Source: Candidatus Omnitrophota bacterium (GTDB lineage Bacteria; Omnitrophota; Gorgyraeia; Gygaellales; Profunditerraquicolaceae). From it: a stretch of 64,000 bases of DNA. The stretch is from positions 66,701 to 130,700 of the forward strand of contig JBFZAT010000022.1 in assembly GCA_041308845.1 (NCBI GenBank), read 5' to 3'. Positions 59,952 to 64,000 of this stretch are shown one piece after another; position 1 is the stretch's first letter; every line of letters starts with the position of its first letter. The notes under the pieces were generated by a model, which was not told the DNA's origin, made no database searches, and was given only the letters and a program-made list of their open reading frames with translations. The position numbers were made by a program, and so were the translations under genes.

Positions 59952-61667
59952 ATGGAAAGAAAAACCATTTTAAATATTATTGTTATCCTTATGTTTATGG
60001 CTTTGCTCCTGGGGTTATTGAACTTGGATATATTGCAGGGGGCTAAATTTTGCCGGCTCAGCGACAGTAATTGTATCCGTTTAATTTCTCAATCCGGCTG
60101 CCGGGGTAATATTCTAGATCGTGATGGCCAGTTGATTGTTGGTAGCAAGATTTCTTATGATGTGATGATTCTTCCCCAAGATTTAGGCAATATCGATCAG
60201 CCTTTATTATTAATCAGCAGGATCTTAGGCTGCGAGATTAAAGAGCTCAAAGACACGTTTAAAAGAAATTTTGTTTCTTCTAGTATCCCGGTGACCGTGG
60301 CCTCGAATATTGACTCTAAGGAAGCGATTGTGCTAGGTGAGTATAAAGTTGAGCAACCCAGTATTATTGTTGCCCCTAAGCCCTTACGTTATTATCCGTA
60401 CGGGGCACTGGCTGCCCATGTTATCGGTTATGTTAATGAGATTGACCGTTGGCGGCTGACTAAGTTAGAGGATTACGGTTACAAGACTAAGGACATCGTA
60501 GGATTCGGTGGGGTGGAAGAGAAGTATGATTATTATTTGCGTCAGGAGGAAGGGGGGTTATCGGTTGAAGTTAACCACCGGGGAAAATTTACCCGGGTTT
60601 TAGGGTTTCAGCCTCCGCGTAACGGTAAAGATATAATTCTAACAATTGATCTGGAAATTCAGCAGATCGTCGAAGAAAATTTAGCCGGCCGCAAGGGTAG
60701 CGTTATTATTATGGATCCTGATAATGGGGAGATTTTGGCGATGGCCAGTTACCCGAATTTTAATCCGGCAGTCTTTGTGCATAAACGTAGCAAGCTAATC
60801 GCCGGGCTGTTTAATGATGTCGATGCGCCTTTTATGAACCGCGCCATCGGATCAAGTTATCCTCCGGCATCGGTTTTTAAAATGGTAGTCGCTGCCGCTG
60901 GTTTGGAAACCAAGAAAATTAACACGGGATCGAATTTTGTTTGCCAAGGGTCCACCTTAGTTGGGCAAAGGAGGTTTAAGTGTTGGGATACTCACGGCCC
61001 GGAGGATATTTTTCAAGGGATTGCCCATTCTTGCGATGTATTTTTTTATAAAACAGGTTTACTGGCCGGGGCACAGAATATACATGATTATGCTTTAAAA
61101 TTCGGCTTAGGTAAAAATATCGGTTTTGAATTGATCGGAGAAACCAGCGGTTTTATTCCCTCCCCTCTTTGGAGAAAGATTAATAAATTCCAGAACTGGT
61201 ACGATGGGGATACGGCGAATTTAAGCATTGGGCAGGGGGATTGTTTGGTCACTCCGCTTCAGGCCGTGAATATGTTAGCGGTGTTTGCCAATCGTGGATA
61301 TTTAACTAGTCCTTATATTGTGAAAAACGTCGGAGGCATAGATCTAACCGCTAAGAAAAAAAGGTTGACCGCTGTGCCCATTAGACAAAGTACATTGGAA
61401 ATTATTAATAAGGGTTTAAGGAAGGTCGTCTCTGATGAAAGGGGCACGGGGAAAGTTTTAGCTAATTTACCGGTGCAGGTGGCCGGAAAAACCGGTACTG
61501 CTCAAGTCTCCCGGGGTGCTACGCATGCTTGGTTTGTCGGGTTCTTTCCGGCGGATAAACCGCGTTATGTAATCTGTGTTTTTTTGGAGAATGGAGGGCC
61601 GGGGTATGCGGCTTGTTTGTTGACTAAACAAATTATTGAAGCGATGGATCAACAGGGGATCATATGA
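59952..61667 (+). CDS. mrdA: Peptidoglycan D,D-transpeptidase MrdA (PBP2)
   Basis: The N-terminal TM helix is followed by the transpeptidase motifs SVFK (SSYPPASVFK), SCD and KTGTA. It lies between mreD and rodA. Confidence 0.85.
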   Translation: MERKTILNIIVILMFMALLLGLLNLDILQGAKFCRLSDSNCIRLISQSGCRGNILDRDGQLIVGSKISYDVMILPQDLGNIDQPLLLISRILGCEIKELKDTFKRNFVSSSIPVTVASNIDSKEAIVLGEYKVEQPSIIVAPKPLRYYPYGALAAHVIGYVNEIDRWRLTKLEDYGYKTKDIVGFGGVEEKYDYYLRQEEGGLSVEVNHRGKFTRVLGFQPPRNGKDIILTIDLEIQQIVEENLAGRKGSVIIMDPDNGEILAMASYPNFNPAVFVHKRSKLIAGLFNDVDAPFMNRAIGSSYPPASVFKMVVAAAGLETKKINTGSNFVCQGSTLVGQRRFKCWDTHGPEDIFQGIAHSCDVFFYKTGLLAGAQNIHDYALKFGLGKNIGFELIGETSGFIPSPLWRKINKFQNWYDGDTANLSIGQGDCLVTPLQAVNMLAVFANRGYLTSPYIVKNVGGIDLTAKKKRLTAVPIRQSTLEIINKGLRKVVSDERGTGKVLANLPVQVAGKTGTAQVSRGATHAWFVGFFPADKPRYVICVFLENGGPGYAACLLTKQIIEAMDQQGII

Positions 61668-62767
61668 GGAATTCATTTTTTAAAATTTTTGTTCTGGTAT
61701 TGGTCATTTCCATTTTAGGCATCTTTACTATTTATAGCAGTACTTATCAAAAAACCGGGACGCAGTGGCAGGATATTTACAAACGGCAGATGCTCTGGTT
61801 AACTATCGGCCTAAGCTGTTTTTTTCTTATGTCCCGCTTCAATTATCGGAAGCTTTGGGACGCTAATTATTTCATTTATGGGATTGCTCTATTTTTTCTT
61901 TTATTAGTCTTTAGTCTAGGGGTGATTCGCTTGGGCGCTCAGCGTTGGTTGAAGATTGCTTGGTTTAATTTTCAGCCTTCGGAATTTGCAAAGTTAGCGA
62001 TTATTATTTTCCTAGCTAGGTATTTTAGTCGTAAATCGATCGATTATACCTCACTTTTATCGGGTAAGTTCGGTATTTTCCAGGGTATCATCCTGCCGTT
62101 CATTTTTGTGGCTATGCCGATGTTTTTGATTATAGAGCAACCGGATTTAGGCAGCGGGTTAATGCTGATGCTGGTTTTTGTAGGGTTGTTGTATTTAACG
62201 CATGTGCGTTTAAAATATATCTTTATACTTTTGGCCTGCTTAATTCTGCCCTTGCCTTTTTTCTGGCATTTTCTACATGATTACCAGAAGCAAAGGTTGC
62301 TAGTATTTCTTAATCCTAACATTGATCCGTTGGGAGCCGGATATACTATTATTCAATCGCGGATTGCAATCGGTTCCGGAGGTTTTTTCGGTAAAGGCTG
62401 GTTGCGGGGCTCGCAAAGCCAACTCTATTTTTTACCGGAATCCCATACGGATTTTATTTTTGCAACTTTTTCCGAACAATGGGGCTTTTTAGGCGGCAGT
62501 CTTTTAATTTTAATGTATTATTTAATTATCCGTCAGGGCTTTCTTATCGCGCAGAGAACTCAAGACTCATTCGGGAGTTTATTGGCTTACGGGATCTCGT
62601 TATTGTTAACCTTGCAGGTATTTATTAATATTGCGATGAATATGGGATTGGCCCCGGTAGTCGGCCTGCCTTTACCGTTGATGAGCTATGGCGGCTCAAG
62701 TATCCTGGTGACATTGACTGCTTTAGGAATTTTAGTAAATATTGACCGCACCAGAAATGTATTCTAA
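61664..62767 (+). CDS. rodA: Peptidoglycan glycosyltransferase RodA (SEDS family)
   Basis: It is a SEDS membrane protein with QPSEFAK and LPESHTDFIFA. It follows mrdA. Confidence 0.85.
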   Translation: MRNSFFKIFVLVLVISILGIFTIYSSTYQKTGTQWQDIYKRQMLWLTIGLSCFFLMSRFNYRKLWDANYFIYGIALFFLLLVFSLGVIRLGAQRWLKIAWFNFQPSEFAKLAIIIFLARYFSRKSIDYTSLLSGKFGIFQGIILPFIFVAMPMFLIIEQPDLGSGLMLMLVFVGLLYLTHVRLKYIFILLACLILPLPFFWHFLHDYQKQRLLVFLNPNIDPLGAGYTIIQSRIAIGSGGFFGKGWLRGSQSQLYFLPESHTDFIFATFSEQWGFLGGSLLILMYYLIIRQGFLIAQRTQDSFGSLLAYGISLLLTLQVFINIAMNMGLAPVVGLPLPLMSYGGSSILVTLTALGILVNIDRTRNVF

Positions 62768-62848
62768 ATCGCTACGAGGCGACACTGGCGCCGCACGATT
62801 AAGCGCCAGGTATATTAAGCGTAAATTAATCTAATAAATAAGGAATTT

Positions 62849-64000
62849 ATGATCGAAGACCTGCTGGTTAATGTGCATCGGCCTGGCCAGTATCTAGGCA
62901 ACGAATGGAATGTTAGCGCAAAGCGGTTTAATACTGCTTTAATAAATTTTGGTTTGGGTTTCCCGGATTTGTATGAAGTGGGGATGAGTAATTTGGGTTT
63001 GCGGATTATTTACGGAGTTTTAAATAATTTGCCTGGGGTAGTTTGTGAAAGATTCTTTGCCCCGGAAGCAGATATGGAAGCCGCTTTAAAGATTAAGCAA
63101 CGCCGGCTTTTTTCCTGGGAATCTCAACAGGCACTGATTGATTTTGATTTATTAGGGTTTTCCCTGGGGTCGGAATTAAACTATACTAATGTTTTAAATA
63201 TCTTAGATTTAGCTGGTCTGCCACTAGAGTCGGGGTTACGGGATCATGAGTACCCTTTGGTTATCGGGGGCGGACCTTGCGTGCTTAATCCTGAGCCATT
63301 AGCGGATTTTTTTGATTTATTTATTATCGGAGAAGCTGAAGAAGCGGTGGTTGAGCTGATAAATGTCTATCGTCAATTTAAGAATGATTATAAAGCCGGC
63401 CGTTTGGATAAAGAAACCCTTTTAATCAGGTTATCCGAAGTGCAAGGGGTTTATGCCCCCGCTCTTTACCAACCTGATTATTCTCCATCTGGAGAATTGG
63501 TTAGTTTTTTACCCAAATATAACACCCTGCCGGATAGGGTAAAAAAACGCATCATTGAAGATTTCGATGCCGCCTATTTTCCTTGTAATTGGGTGGTGCC
63601 TTATGTACAGTTGATTCATGATCGAATTACTTTGGAAGTCATGCGGGGTTGTCCCCACCATTGCCGCTTCTGCCAAGCCAGAGTGCAATACCATCCTTTA
63701 AGGATAAGAAGCAAGCAAAAAGTAATCGCCTTAGCTGATTTGGCTTATGCGGCCAGCGGATACGAGGAATTTTCTTTAGCTGGTTTATCGGTGGGAGATT
63801 ATCCGGGCATTGAGTCTTTGGTTTCTGTTTTAACCGAAAATTTCAGCGCGCAAGCAGTTAATCTATCCCTGCCTTCATTAAAGGCCAAGACCCTGTTAGG
63901 TAAGGTATCCACGTTAATTGCTAAAATTAAGAAAACCGGATTGACTTTTGCTCCAGAAGCAGGCACTGCCCGCTTACGTCAGGTTTTAGCTAAAGATTTC
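62849..64000 (+). CDS. B12-binding-domain radical SAM protein (TIGR03960-like), N-terminal part; continues beyond the window
   Basis: An AAGGAA RBS precedes ATG 62849. The ORF remains open to the window end. The radical-SAM cluster is CPHHCRFC, preceded by a Rossmann-like B12-binding-type N-terminal region (PLVIGGGP). It is not in the ORF track because no stop falls within the window. Confidence 0.7.
   Translation, partial: MIEDLLVNVHRPGQYLGNEWNVSAKRFNTALINFGLGFPDLYEVGMSNLGLRIIYGVLNNLPGVVCERFFAPEADMEAALKIKQRRLFSWESQQALIDFDLLGFSLGSELNYTNVLNILDLAGLPLESGLRDHEYPLVIGGGPCVLNPEPLADFFDLFIIGEAEEAVVELINVYRQFKNDYKAGRLDKETLLIRLSEVQGVYAPALYQPDYSPSGELVSFLPKYNTLPDRVKKRIIEDFDAAYFPCNWVVPYVQLIHDRITLEVMRGCPHHCRFCQARVQYHPLRIRSKQKVIALADLAYAASGYEEFSLAGLSVGDYPGIESLVSVLTENFSAQAVNLSLPSLKAKTLLGKVSTLIAKIKKTGLTFAPEAGTARLRQVLAKDF

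Noticed and set aside
62785-62809. Hairpin after rodA as a Rho-independent terminator
   Set aside because: The stem (CTGGCGC/GCGCCAG) is not followed by a U-tract. I treat it as part of the repeated structured motif instead.

Overview
This 64 kb window is a moderately AT-rich bacterial chromosomal segment made up almost entirely of core housekeeping genes. About 65 of roughly 68 genes are on the + strand, tightly packed, with many 4-nt ATGA/GTGA start-stop overlaps. I saw no mobile elements, CRISPR arrays or obvious horizontally acquired islands.

The recognisable blocks, in order, are:
- a TPR/LOG pair;
- a large UvrD-type helicase fused to a Cas4/AddB-like Fe-S nuclease;
- plsC;
- arfB;
- rpsO-pnp;
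- ftsK;
- rodZ-rimO-pgsA-pgpA;
- divergent thpR and pncC on the minus strand;
- an FMN riboswitch controlling ribBA-ribH-nusB-PHP-ribD-ribE;
- tRNA-Pro(CGG) preceded by a structured leader;
- acyP-ligA;
- xerD, cca and rbfA-nrnA-ribF;
- a complete dcw cluster mraZ-rsmH-ftsL-ftsI-murE-murF-mraY-murD-ftsW-murG-[peptidase-MA-like insert]-murC-murB-ddl-ftsQ-ftsA, with no ftsZ downstream;
- yggS-proC;
- mtnP;
- ileS-dksA-like-lspA-lgt-rluD;
- aroA;
- mreB-mreC-mreD-mrdA-rodA;
- the start of a B12-binding radical SAM gene.

The most interesting observations are:
- a PHP-family phosphoesterase embedded in the riboswitch-controlled rib operon, which I infer could be the missing riboflavin-pathway phosphatase;
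- an FMN riboswitch with an unusually large internal insertion;
- a repeated, covarying stem-loop motif (ACGAGGC-N-ACAC + hairpin with a CGATTA loop) placed right after mreB and again after rodA;
- three GTGGA direct repeats at 10-bp spacing in the mraZ leader, which look like an MraZ operator;
- no ftsZ following ftsA;
- a secreted HExxH peptidase-MA-like gene inserted between murG and murC;
- a promoter-driven, ~165-nt structured leader before tRNA-Pro.

I could not identify a clearly novel multi-gene system here. All assignments are from motif recognition by eye. No database searches were run.
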